64,000 nucleotides of DNA from an uncultured Bacilli bacterium (GTDB lineage Bacteria; Bacillota_I; Bacilli_A; RF39; UBA660). Positions 54,011 to 63,272 of this stretch are shown one piece after another. The translations under genes were made by a program, and so were the position numbers. The stretch is taken from contig CAKOLG010000002.1 in the NCBI GenBank assembly GCA_934096175.1, positions 276 to 64,275 on the forward strand, in the 5' to 3' direction. The first letter of the stretch is position 1, and each line of letters starts with the position of its first letter. The notes below the pieces were generated by a model. That model was not told the origin of the DNA, did not search any database, and saw only the letters and a program-made list of their open reading frames with translations.

Positions 54011-55648
54011 ATGTGCAATATAAAAATATTTAGTTTAGGTGGCCTAGATGAAATGGGCAAAAACTGCTATGTAGTAGAAGTGGATAAAGAAATTTTTGTT
54101 TTTGATTGCGGTCTAAAGTATGCTAACGAAAATTTATATGGTATTGATTATATAATACCAGACTTTGAATATTTGGTAAAAAATCAAAAACGTATAAAAG
54201 GAGTTTTTTTAACTCACGGTCATTATGAAAATATGGGAGCCGTAAAAGATTTATTAACCACTATTCCAAATATAAAAATCTTTGCTACCAAATTTACTAA
54301 ATTTATTTTAACAAATGATGGGGTAGATGAGAAAAAAATTACAGAAATAAAACCACATCACAAAATTAATTTTGGTAAAAATAGCATTTTTCCAATTAAT
54401 GTAAATCATTCTGCACCAGATTCTGTAATGTTTGTTTTAAACACCAAAGATGGCTCAATAGTTTATACAGGAGATTTCATTATTGATCCTAAAATGATGG
54501 ATAAATATTCAATGGATTTAGGAAAAATAGCATACGTTGGTAAACAAGGGGTTCTTGCTTTATTAAGTGAATCAGTTTTTTCCGAAAGAATTGGTCATAC
54601 TTCACCAAGTCATCGTTTAACAAGCTTGTTTAAAGATACTATTAAACATCATGAAAATAGAATAATGTTTGCTGTACTTCCTACTCATATTTATACAATT
54701 CAAGAAATATTTTCTTCAGTTGAAAATACACACCGTAAAATTGTCATCATGGGTAAAAATCTTCAAAATATTATTAGCTTTGCTAAAAAAGAAGGCTATT
54801 TAAAATTTTCTGATAACATCCTTGGTGATTTATCTAATATAGATGACAAAGATTCAATTTTATTAGTTCAAGATAGTAAAGAAAATCCATATGCTTCAAT
54901 TAGTAAAATAATTAATGGTTACGACAAATTTATAAAATTAAAAGCATCTGATACAGTTGTTTTTGCTGAGCCAAAATATGATAGTAGTGAAAAAACTTTA
55001 GTTAAAGTAGAAAATGACTTAGCATCTTTTGGCTGTGATATTGTAACTTTACCAAAAGATAAAAATATTTTACACCATGCATCATCAGAAGATTTAATGA
55101 TTATGATCGATCTAGTAAAACCTAAATATTATATTCCAGTAAAAGGTGAATATCGCTACATGGTAAATAATGCCAATATAGCTGCTTCATTAAATATACC
55201 TGAAGATAATATAATCTTAAAACAAAATGGCGATGTCATAGAATTTATCGATGGTAAGCTAAACAAAGATAATTTTGATCATGTTAAAATTAATGACATA
55301 TTAATTGATGGAAACAGCAACGAAGACGTTGGTGAGTTAGTTATAAAAGATAGAGAAATGCTAAGCGAAAATGGTATTGTTTTAATTAGTGCCACAATTA
55401 GTAAAAAAGATAAAGTACTATTAGTTGGACCAGAAGTTACAACAAGAGGATTTATTTATGTAAAAGATTCAACAGAAATGATTGATGAAATAAAAAAAAT
55501 GTCTTTAAATATCATTGAAAGAAATATAACAGAAAATTTTGTTGAATATAATAAAATTAAAAACGAAATTCGTGATGAACTTGGAAAGTATTTATATCAT
55601 GAAACAGAATGCAAACCAATGATTATCGCAGTTGTTCAAGAAGTATAA
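54011..55648 (+). CDS. rnj: RNase J-family protein with degenerate catalytic motifs (RNase J2-like paralogue)
   Basis: Collinear with RNase J: IKIFSLGGLDEMGKN, NHSAPDS, YTGDF, KPKYYIPVKGEYRY. Motif II reads HGHYEN instead of HGHEDH, and the beta-CASP His motifs read HHASS and PVKGE. Confidence 0.8.
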   Translation: MCNIKIFSLGGLDEMGKNCYVVEVDKEIFVFDCGLKYANENLYGIDYIIPDFEYLVKNQKRIKGVFLTHGHYENMGAVKDLLTTIPNIKIFATKFTKFILTNDGVDEKKITEIKPHHKINFGKNSIFPINVNHSAPDSVMFVLNTKDGSIVYTGDFIIDPKMMDKYSMDLGKIAYVGKQGVLALLSESVFSERIGHTSPSHRLTSLFKDTIKHHENRIMFAVLPTHIYTIQEIFSSVENTHRKIVIMGKNLQNIISFAKKEGYLKFSDNILGDLSNIDDKDSILLVQDSKENPYASISKIINGYDKFIKLKASDTVVFAEPKYDSSEKTLVKVENDLASFGCDIVTLPKDKNILHHASSEDLMIMIDLVKPKYYIPVKGEYRYMVNNANIAASLNIPEDNIILKQNGDVIEFIDGKLNKDNFDHVKINDILIDGNSNEDVGELVIKDREMLSENGIVLISATISKKDKVLLVGPEVTTRGFIYVKDSTEMIDEIKKMSLNIIERNITENFVEYNKIKNEIRDELGKYLYHETECKPMIIAVVQEV

Positions 55649-55672
55649 GCATGATTTTTTCATGCTTTTCTT
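55648..55672 (+). terminator. rho-independent terminator of rnj
   Basis: AGCATGA-TTTTT-TCATGCT followed by TTTTCTT. Confidence 0.7.
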
Positions 55673-55683
55673 ATTAAAAAAGA

Positions 55684-55832
55684 CATAAAGCAGAATACTT
55701 TATGTCTTTCTATTTCGCTATTTTTATTATAATACAAAAAAATTGTAATTGGTATAAAAAAATAATAGTCATGAAATATTAACCAAATATTTTCTGCAAA
55801 AAACATTTAACTCATAAAGTATTCTGCTTTAT
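55684..55832. repeat. exact 21-bp inverted repeat bracketing a 107-bp AT-rich segment
   Basis: CATAAAGCAGAATACTTTATG (55684-55704) is the exact reverse complement of CATAAAGTATTCTGCTTTATG (55812-55832). Each copy is also a 7-bp-stem, 7-nt-loop hairpin. Confidence 0.9.
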
Positions 55833-55846
55833 GATAGGGTAAGAAA

Positions 55847-57559
55847 ATGATCCAAAAAAGATTTTTAAACTTATTTTTACTAATTATACTATTAATTTGC
55901 TCAATTAACCTAAGTTTAACATATTCAAAATATATACTTAGTAAAAATATAACTGGTGAAATAACAGTTCCACAAGTAGATTTTTGTATAAGAAATGGCT
56001 TTAATAAATTAAAAGATTGTATGCTTGTCATGGAAAACTATTCCAAGAGTGTTGAATCAGCAAAATTATATATTGCCAGCAAAGGTGAAGTTAACGATTT
56101 TTCAGCTTATCCAAAATATAACTATAAAGATGATTCTAATAACTATACAAAAGAAGATGTATACTACAATTACGGAACTTATATAATGTTAGGTCAAAAT
56201 TATACATTTGATGAGACGACTGGAATATATTATTTAGAAGACTATATTAAAGATGAAGTTAGTACTAACTACGTTAACTATTACATTTGCGAAAGCCCTA
56301 ATGCAACATGGTGTGCTATTTTATATAAAATAAATTCAGTTGAACCAGGTACTTCAAATATTACATCTTTAACTAAAATGACATATACAAAATTAAAACC
56401 ATTTAATGATCAACAAATAGGTTTATATGCTGCACCAGATGATTATGGGACCTCGTATTACTACCGTGGCGAAGTAAAAAATAACTATGTTCAATTTTCA
56501 GATAACATATGGAAAATAGTTCGTCAAAACGGTGACGGAAGTATAAGGTTAATTTATCAAAGCCCTATAGACTCAGCACCTGAAAGTGAAGCTGCCCAAG
56601 GAATAGGAGTGACCGTTTTTAGTGAAAAACATTACTCACCAAACTATGTTGGTTACATGCAAGGATCAAAGTTAGAGCTTGTCGAAGGCACAGAATATTT
56701 TTACTATGGTAATATTTATTCCGCGTTAACTTATCTTTTTTCTTCAAACTATGAAATAGACTATGAAAACCAACAATTTATTTTAAATGAAAATACAATT
56801 ATTTCTGATACTTGGGATAATGTGAGACAAAATAGTAAATACAATGGTTACTATACTTGTTTTGAAGGAGGATATGGTACAAATCACAAAAATTGTAATC
56901 AATTATTTAAAGTTGATACGGATGGTACTTATAATACGTCTTACAATGCCTTAGTAAAAATGACAACTTTTACTCCAACATCATATCAAAATAATTTAAC
57001 AAATGAAGTCGATTCTCAAATAAAAAAAGTTATTGATACTTGGTATCAAAATAATATCTATAATAAATATGATAATTACTTAAACGATAATATTTTTTGC
57101 AACGAAAGAAAAATTTTTACTAGTGAATCATCCACCGGTTTAGGTTTTAGAATAGATAAAACAACTTTGTATGAAGGATTTTATCGTAGTAAACCATTGT
57201 TAAAATGCAGTCAACTACAAGACAAATTTACAGTAAGCACTAATAACGGTAACGGAAATCTTACTTATCCAATAGGGTTACTAACTATTGATGAGGCAAG
57301 ATATGCTGGCATTAGCTTTGGCAGTGTCAACACCGAAAACTACTTAGCTACAGCTTCTAACTGGTGGTTAATGAGCCCTCAGGAGTATGGCCCAGTATAC
57401 GCAACTGCTGGTATAGCGTTTATAAATGCTAATGGATATATAAGCGCTGCCTACGCAGCTGGTTCTGCTCAAGCCAGACCAGTAGTCAATTTAAAACCAG
57501 ACGTTAAAATAACTAGTGGAGATGGAACAATCACTAATCCATATAAATTATCATTATAA
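55847..57559 (+). CDS. secreted or anchored protein of unknown function (conserved-hypothetical type)
   Basis: N-terminal hydrophobic helix plus LTYSKYILSKNITGEITV. Internal GTSYYYRGEVKNNYVQFSDNIWKIVRQNGDGSIRLIY. C-terminal WWLMSPQEYG...ARPVVNLKPDVKITSGDGTITNPYKL. Confidence 0.75.
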   Translation: MIQKRFLNLFLLIILLICSINLSLTYSKYILSKNITGEITVPQVDFCIRNGFNKLKDCMLVMENYSKSVESAKLYIASKGEVNDFSAYPKYNYKDDSNNYTKEDVYYNYGTYIMLGQNYTFDETTGIYYLEDYIKDEVSTNYVNYYICESPNATWCAILYKINSVEPGTSNITSLTKMTYTKLKPFNDQQIGLYAAPDDYGTSYYYRGEVKNNYVQFSDNIWKIVRQNGDGSIRLIYQSPIDSAPESEAAQGIGVTVFSEKHYSPNYVGYMQGSKLELVEGTEYFYYGNIYSALTYLFSSNYEIDYENQQFILNENTIISDTWDNVRQNSKYNGYYTCFEGGYGTNHKNCNQLFKVDTDGTYNTSYNALVKMTTFTPTSYQNNLTNEVDSQIKKVIDTWYQNNIYNKYDNYLNDNIFCNERKIFTSESSTGLGFRIDKTTLYEGFYRSKPLLKCSQLQDKFTVSTNNGNGNLTYPIGLLTIDEARYAGISFGSVNTENYLATASNWWLMSPQEYGPVYATAGIAFINANGYISAAYAAGSAQARPVVNLKPDVKITSGDGTITNPYKLSL

Positions 57560-57614
57560 TTAAAATTTAGTATATATTACATATATTGCACAATACTAAA
57601 AATGGTGATAAATA

Positions 57615-58043
57615 ATGAATGAGGATACTGAACTACTAAATTATATATATCAAAATGCCAAAATGGGTATTGTTGGTATAGACAATATAAAAAAGGACAT
57701 TCAAGACAGTGAATTTTTAAAAGTAATTAAAGAACAAGAAAATGATTATTATGAAATATGTACTAAAGCATTAAAATGGCTATCGAATTATAATGTTGAG
57801 CGAAAAAATATAACGGCAATGTCTAAACTTATGACTTTCATGGATGCTAAAATAAAACTAACTAAAGATAATTCAATTAGTAACATTGCCAAAATGATGA
57901 TTGAAGGTAATAACATGGGTATCATTGCCATAACAGAAAAATTAAACAACTATCAAGGTGCTGATAAAAAAATTATAAAACTAGCAAAAGATCTTCTAAA
58001 AATAGAAGAACGAAACTTAGAAAATTTAAAAAAATATTTATAA
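57615..58043 (+). CDS. hypothetical helical protein
   Basis: 142 aa, RBS GGTGA. Predicted all-helical with no definite family. Confidence 0.55.
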   Translation: MNEDTELLNYIYQNAKMGIVGIDNIKKDIQDSEFLKVIKEQENDYYEICTKALKWLSNYNVERKNITAMSKLMTFMDAKIKLTKDNSISNIAKMMIEGNNMGIIAITEKLNNYQGADKKIIKLAKDLLKIEERNLENLKKYL

Positions 58044-58056
58044 AAAAAAGAAGATT

Positions 58057-58446
58057 TTACTTTGAACTTTCAAAATCTTCTTTTTTTATAATCTCATAAA
58101 CTTCGTCAATACTTAAACTTTTTGCTTTTTTATGATAATTTGGTAAAACATGTAGATGAAAATGTTTAATTATTTGTGATTCTCCATAATTAACACAAAA
58201 ACTTAAAGCCTTAGCGTTCAATTTTTTCATTACATCTTGACTAATTTCTTTAGCAACTTTATTAATGTGAATCAATAAATCATCACTAAGTTCCGTAAAA
58301 TCAGTTACATGTTTTTTAGGAATAACCAACAAATGTCCATCAACTGCTGGATTAACATCCATAATTACAACAACTTTTTCATCTTCAAATATTTTTTTTG
58401 AAGGAATTTCTCCATTAATAATTTTACAAAATAAACAATCTTTCAT
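58057..58446 (-). CDS. HIT-family (histidine triad) nucleotide hydrolase
   Basis: CLFCKIINGEIPSKKIFEDE and HFHLHVLP (HxHxHxx). Confidence 0.92.
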   Translation of the reverse strand: MKDCLFCKIINGEIPSKKIFEDEKVVVIMDVNPAVDGHLLVIPKKHVTDFTELSDDLLIHINKVAKEISQDVMKKLNAKALSFCVNYGESQIIKHFHLHVLPNYHKKAKSLSIDEVYEIIKKEDFESSK

Positions 58447-58552
58447 ATAATCACCTATAACAATAGTAGCATAAAAAATAATAAATGTTAAACAATTGAA
58501 GTTACTTTTATGGTATTATATAATATATAAAGTAGACTAGAGGGGATAAAAG

Positions 58553-60430
58553 ATGTTAAAAAAAATAATATATTTGATAATTACTTATTTATTTATTACA
58601 CCAACCATTATATATGCTGCAGATAATGCTTTTTTAAGCTTAAGTGCTAATACTCAAACCCCAACAGTTGGTAAAACTTTAGAAGTTCAAATAAACATAA
58701 ATTTTAATAAAGAAAATAGATTACAAGAAGCTCACTACGTCATAACAATAAGTAACCCAGATTTATACAAACTAACAGAAGTTCTTTGGACTCAAAGCAG
58801 CGGTAGCTACCACGTTGATGGAAATAAAATATATATTGATAAATCAGCAGTCAATGCTGAAGATGCTTGGCAATATGGTACTCCTGTTGTCTTGCGATTT
58901 GATGTTATCCAAACCGGTTTAGCTCAATTTACTATAAATAAAAGTAGTGATTGCTATTACTTTGGTGGTAGTAAAATCTATAAACAATCATTTAGTGGTA
59001 TAAATATTAATAATTTAATACCGGATACCACGACAAATTTAAAAATTTTATACGTTGAAAACTATGCAATATCTCCGACTTTTAATAAAAATGTTTACAA
59101 CTACACATTAACTGTTCCTGCTAGTGTAACTTCTGTTAATGTTGTTGCCAAAAAAAATGATGAAACCCAAACAATTACAGGTGATGGCGAAAGAAACTTA
59201 CTATACGGTGCTAATAAAATTACTGTTGTTGTAAAATCCGAAAGCGGTTCAATTCAACAATATACAATTATGGTAACAAGGCAAGATGATCGAACAGGTG
59301 ATGTTTCTTTAAAAAATGTTTTTGTTTCATCACAAAATGCCACTTTTGATTCTGCAACCGAAAGCTTTTCTCTAACAGTTGGCAAAAGCACTGAAAACAT
59401 TCTCCTCACGGCCCAAACTAACGATGCAAAAGCTGAATTAATTGGTACTGGCCAAAAGAATTTAGCAATTGGTTTAAATACCTTTGAACTAACTGTTAAA
59501 TCATTAAATAATATTGAAAAAACATATAAAGTTTACATCACGAGAAGTGATGAAGAAATCAACGAAAATATAAAAAGTACTAAAATAAAAAATTTAAAAG
59601 TAAATAATTTAGCATTAGATTTATCAGATAATAAAACTGTATTTTTATATGGAACTTCCAAAGACTATACCAGTTTAAAAATAGAGGTAATTCCTGAAAG
59701 TGAAACAGCTACTGTTGATATTATAGGTAACGAATCATTAAATAGTGGTTTAAATGTAATCACAGTCAAAATAACTGAAACCACAAATGAATTTCTAGAT
59801 TATAAAATAATAGTTTATAAAAATCCTTCTAATTTAACTTTAATAAATAATTTAAATAATATTCCAGTTGATTTAAAAGAAGGAATTTATTTAAGAAATG
59901 AAAGTTCTCCATCCATTATACCAAATACCGTTTTAGAAATAATCAAAAATAACAATTTAAAACTATACTACAATGTAACAGATATTTATAATGGTTTACT
60001 ATACCAATTAATTTTTAACAATAAAACAGAATATAAAGATGAAATAGATACTTCATTTAATAGAAGCTCTACTAGTCCATTAACATATAAAACTAGTCTT
60101 CCAGAAAATATCGATGTAACATTATATATTGGTGATATTTATCAAGATAATATTATTTTAAAAGTTTATACTTACAACGAAAATGGCCAATATACTTTAC
60201 TAACTGATGGTGTAAGTGTAACAAGCGGTTATATAAATTTTACAACAAACGGTGAACAAAACTATGTTTTTAGTACTAATGATTTAATTAACAATCCAAA
60301 TAATATTATAAATTTTTTTAAAAACAATAAAATATTTATCATTATTATCCCTTTTACATTATTAATAATAATTATATTACCTCGATTATCTAAAAAAAAT
60401 AAAAAAAATTCAAACGAATTAGAATATTAA
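58553..60430 (+). CDS. surface protein with three cadherin-like beta-sandwich repeats, C-terminally tail-anchored
   Basis: Signal peptide ...PTIIYAADN. Three repeats of about 85 aa of the type L..L.V....L.P.F....Y.YTLTV......V.V.A........I.G.G...L..G.N.I.V.V.......Y.I.V.R. C-terminal TM plus KKNKKN tail; no LPXTG. Confidence 0.75.
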   Translation: MLKKIIYLIITYLFITPTIIYAADNAFLSLSANTQTPTVGKTLEVQININFNKENRLQEAHYVITISNPDLYKLTEVLWTQSSGSYHVDGNKIYIDKSAVNAEDAWQYGTPVVLRFDVIQTGLAQFTINKSSDCYYFGGSKIYKQSFSGININNLIPDTTTNLKILYVENYAISPTFNKNVYNYTLTVPASVTSVNVVAKKNDETQTITGDGERNLLYGANKITVVVKSESGSIQQYTIMVTRQDDRTGDVSLKNVFVSSQNATFDSATESFSLTVGKSTENILLTAQTNDAKAELIGTGQKNLAIGLNTFELTVKSLNNIEKTYKVYITRSDEEINENIKSTKIKNLKVNNLALDLSDNKTVFLYGTSKDYTSLKIEVIPESETATVDIIGNESLNSGLNVITVKITETTNEFLDYKIIVYKNPSNLTLINNLNNIPVDLKEGIYLRNESSPSIIPNTVLEIIKNNNLKLYYNVTDIYNGLLYQLIFNNKTEYKDEIDTSFNRSSTSPLTYKTSLPENIDVTLYIGDIYQDNIILKVYTYNENGQYTLLTDGVSVTSGYINFTTNGEQNYVFSTNDLINNPNNIINFFKNNKIFIIIIPFTLLIIIILPRLSKKNKKNSNELEY

Positions 60431-60508
60431 GTCTTATTATTTTTTAATAAAAATTTATTTTTATAAAATCTTGTGTTATTATGAATAACAAGAAAGAGGG
60501 AATATATA

Positions 60509-61933
60509 ATGACATTAGAAGATTTGTTATCAGAAATAGAAAAATATAATCCAGAAGAAATTCCTAGAGTAAAAAAGGCATACGAAATTGCTAGTAAAGC
60601 TCATGCTAATCAGTTTCGCGAAAGTGGCGAACCTTATATTATTCACCCCTTAAACGTTTGCATGAACTTGACCAAGTTCCATGCAGATGGTTCTTCTTTA
60701 TGCGCTGGTTTATTGCATGATGTAGTTGAAGATACGGACTACACCCTTGCTGATATAGAAAAATTATTTGGTCATGATATAGCAACTTTAGTTGATGGAG
60801 TAACCAAAATAAGTAACTTACATTTCAATACCAAAGATGATGCAACAAATGCCAATATTCGCCGCCTCATTAATAGTCTTAATGATGACGTTAGAATTAT
60901 AATCATTAAGTTATGTGATAGATTACATAACATGCAAACTTTAAACTTTAAAAAACCTGAAAAACAAAAAAGAAGTGCTGAAGAAACTTTAAATATTTTT
61001 GTACCATTAGCATATTTTATCGGTGCTTTTCGTTTAAAATGTGAACTAGAAGATATTTGCTTATCATACTTAGAACCAGAAATTTATGAATCTTTAAAAA
61101 ATAAAGTTTCAGAAATCGAAAGAGATTATACTGATTGCATTAATGCAGCTGAAAACGAAGTAACAAACTTATTAAATGAAAATCATATAAAATTTAGTTA
61201 TCGTATTAAATACTTAAATATTTATCATTTATATCAAAAAATTAACAAAAAATACAAAATAAGTTCAATCCATGACCTAGTAAATTTTAAAATAATCGTC
61301 GATGACGAACAAACTTGTTATCAAGTTTTAGGCCTAATTCATAAAATATATACGCCAATGAATAATAAATTCAAAGATTACATTGCTTGTCCTAAAACAA
61401 ATATGTATCGCTCACTTCATACAACTGTTTTTGCTCCATATAACCATCTTTTACAATTCCAAATAAAGACTAAAGAAATGGATGAAATAAATACTATTGG
61501 TTTGGCAGCATATTGGAAACAATTAAAAGGTGAAGGAAAATTAAAAATGCAACAAGAGTTAAAATTAAATTACCAATTTTTTAATACTTTGCAAGATTTA
61601 AATAATTTAACTATGACAGACCAAGACTTCATTGAAAGAGTAAAAAATGAAATATTTACTAACAATATATATGTTTATTCTTTTAGTGGAGAAGTCTTTG
61701 AATTACCATTTGGTTCTACAGTAATTGATTTCGCATACAAATTACATTCCGATATTGGTAACCATTTATACAAAGCTTACATTAATGGTAAAGAAGTTAA
61801 AATAACTCATACACTAAACAATAAAGACCGTATATTTTTACTAACTAAAGACAATATAGAACCAAATAATTCTTGGTTAGATCATGTAGTAACTTCACAT
61901 GCTAAAAGAAAAATAAAAGAATACCTTAAATAG
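60509..61933 (+). CDS. rel: RelA/SpoT homologue (HD hydrolase + synthetase-like + TGS), lacking the C-terminal regulatory half
   Basis: HPLNV...LLHDVVEDT (HD), YRSLHTTV...QFQIKT (synthetase core, variant), VYVYSFSGEVFELPFGSTVIDFAYKLHSDIG (TGS). 474 aa. Confidence 0.85.
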   Translation: MTLEDLLSEIEKYNPEEIPRVKKAYEIASKAHANQFRESGEPYIIHPLNVCMNLTKFHADGSSLCAGLLHDVVEDTDYTLADIEKLFGHDIATLVDGVTKISNLHFNTKDDATNANIRRLINSLNDDVRIIIIKLCDRLHNMQTLNFKKPEKQKRSAEETLNIFVPLAYFIGAFRLKCELEDICLSYLEPEIYESLKNKVSEIERDYTDCINAAENEVTNLLNENHIKFSYRIKYLNIYHLYQKINKKYKISSIHDLVNFKIIVDDEQTCYQVLGLIHKIYTPMNNKFKDYIACPKTNMYRSLHTTVFAPYNHLLQFQIKTKEMDEINTIGLAAYWKQLKGEGKLKMQQELKLNYQFFNTLQDLNNLTMTDQDFIERVKNEIFTNNIYVYSFSGEVFELPFGSTVIDFAYKLHSDIGNHLYKAYINGKEVKITHTLNNKDRIFLLTKDNIEPNNSWLDHVVTSHAKRKIKEYLK

Positions 61934-62016
61934 TTTATTTTGAAATCAAGCTTCTGATTTCTTTTTTTGTAAATATTATCAAACCTTCTGCATACATTAA
62001 ATTAGAGGTGAATAAT

Positions 62017-62538
62017 ATGTCTAATTATAAAGAGATAGTTACCAAAACTATTGTAGGAAAAGGGAAAAAAACATATTCTAACAATTATACTTTAAAAACA
62101 GAACAAACACCCAATACTGTTTTAGGCTGTTGGATTATCAACCATAAATTTTCAGGAACGAATAATAAAAATGAAGTCGATGTAACAGGTTCTTTTGACG
62201 TTAATGTTTGGTATTCTTACGAAAATGATTCTAAAACTAGTGTAACAACACGTACATTTACTTACGAAGAAATGATGAAACTACGTGTTAAAGACATAGA
62301 ATCTTTAAATAACAATAATGAAATAATTGTTAGAAGTTTAAAGCAACCTACTGTCCAAGATGTCAAAATAGTTAATGATGAAGTAGAACTAACTATTGAA
62401 AAAGAACTTGGAGTAGAAATAGTTGGTGAATCAAAAGTTAAAATAGCTATTGAAGAAGATGAATTACCATGGGATGATATATATGATGATAAAGGAATTG
62501 ACGATGTTAAAGAAGATTATATAACAGACAATAATTAA
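62017..62538 (+). CDS. cotE: spore coat morphogenetic protein CotE
   Basis: [18 protein letters not shown]...[11 protein letters not shown]...DVNVWYSY... with an acidic C-terminus. Collinear with B. subtilis CotE as I recall it. RBS GAGGTGA precedes the ATG at 62017. Confidence 0.85.
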   Translation: MSNYKEIVTKTIVGKGKKTYSNNYTLKTEQTPNTVLGCWIINHKFSGTNNKNEVDVTGSFDVNVWYSYENDSKTSVTTRTFTYEEMMKLRVKDIESLNNNNEIIVRSLKQPTVQDVKIVNDEVELTIEKELGVEIVGESKVKIAIEEDELPWDDIYDDKGIDDVKEDYITDNN

Positions 62539-62650
62539 TATTGTCTTTTTTTTATTATTTAAATACCAACTAAATGTTAACCTAAAAAGGTTGACACATA
62601 AGCTAAAGTTATGTTATATTAGTAGCAATCAAATCAAAGGAGGGAAAAAC

Positions 62651-62938
62651 ATGGCTGTTAAATTAAGATTAAAAAGAGGCGGTTCTAAACAAAGACCATT
62701 TTATAGAATTGTCGCTTCTGACGCTCGTAGTCCAAGAGATGGTAGATTTATTGATACAATCGGTATTTATAATCCAATTCCTGAAAACTATGAAGTAAGT
62801 ATTGATGAAGAAAAAGCATTATATTGGTTAAATAATGGTGCTCAACCTACAGATACAGTAAAAAGCTTACTTAGCAAAAAAGGTATCATGACAAAATATA
62901 CTAACAATAAAGCAGAATCTAAAAAAGAAGGTAAATAA
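62651..62938 (+). CDS. rpsP: 30S ribosomal protein S16
   Basis: [47 protein letters not shown] precedes the ATG at 62651; the ORF-track start at 62591 is upstream of the RBS. Confidence 0.95.
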   Translation: MAVKLRLKRGGSKQRPFYRIVASDARSPRDGRFIDTIGIYNPIPENYEVSIDEEKALYWLNNGAQPTDTVKSLLSKKGIMTKYTNNKAESKKEGK

Positions 62939-62940
62939 AA

Positions 62941-63186
62941 ATGGAATTAAAAGAATTTACTGAATATTTAGTTAAAAGCATTGCCAAAGAACCAGATATG
63001 GTTAAAGTTCAACAATTTGGTGGTGAAGACGATGCAACAATTTTAGAAATAATTGTTCATGAAACAGATAAAGGTGCTGTAATTGGTCGCAATGGTAAAA
63101 TGGCCAATGCTATTCGTACATTAGTACAAGCACATGCCTACATCTTAGGCTTGAAAAAAGTGAAAATAAATATTGACTCATTTTAA
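62941..63186 (+). CDS. KH-domain RNA-binding protein (YlqC/UPF0109)
   Basis: DKGAVIGRNGKMANAIRTLV (GxxG KH motif), conserved position after rpsP. Confidence 0.88.
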   Translation: MELKEFTEYLVKSIAKEPDMVKVQQFGGEDDATILEIIVHETDKGAVIGRNGKMANAIRTLVQAHAYILGLKKVKINIDSF

Positions 63187-63272
63187 TGAGTCATTTTTTT
63201 TATATTGTTTTAAGTACGTTCTTGCTTTAAATTAATATAAATAGTATAATCTTCTAAGAAGGATTGATAAAA

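Noticed and set aside
55681-55710. Reading the left IR copy simply as a second rnj terminator.
   Set aside because: Only partly rejected. It does form a 10-bp hairpin after the first terminator and may terminate transcription. This does not explain why its 7-nt loop is exactly reverse-complemented in the second copy 107 bp away, so the repeat is reported as a finding.
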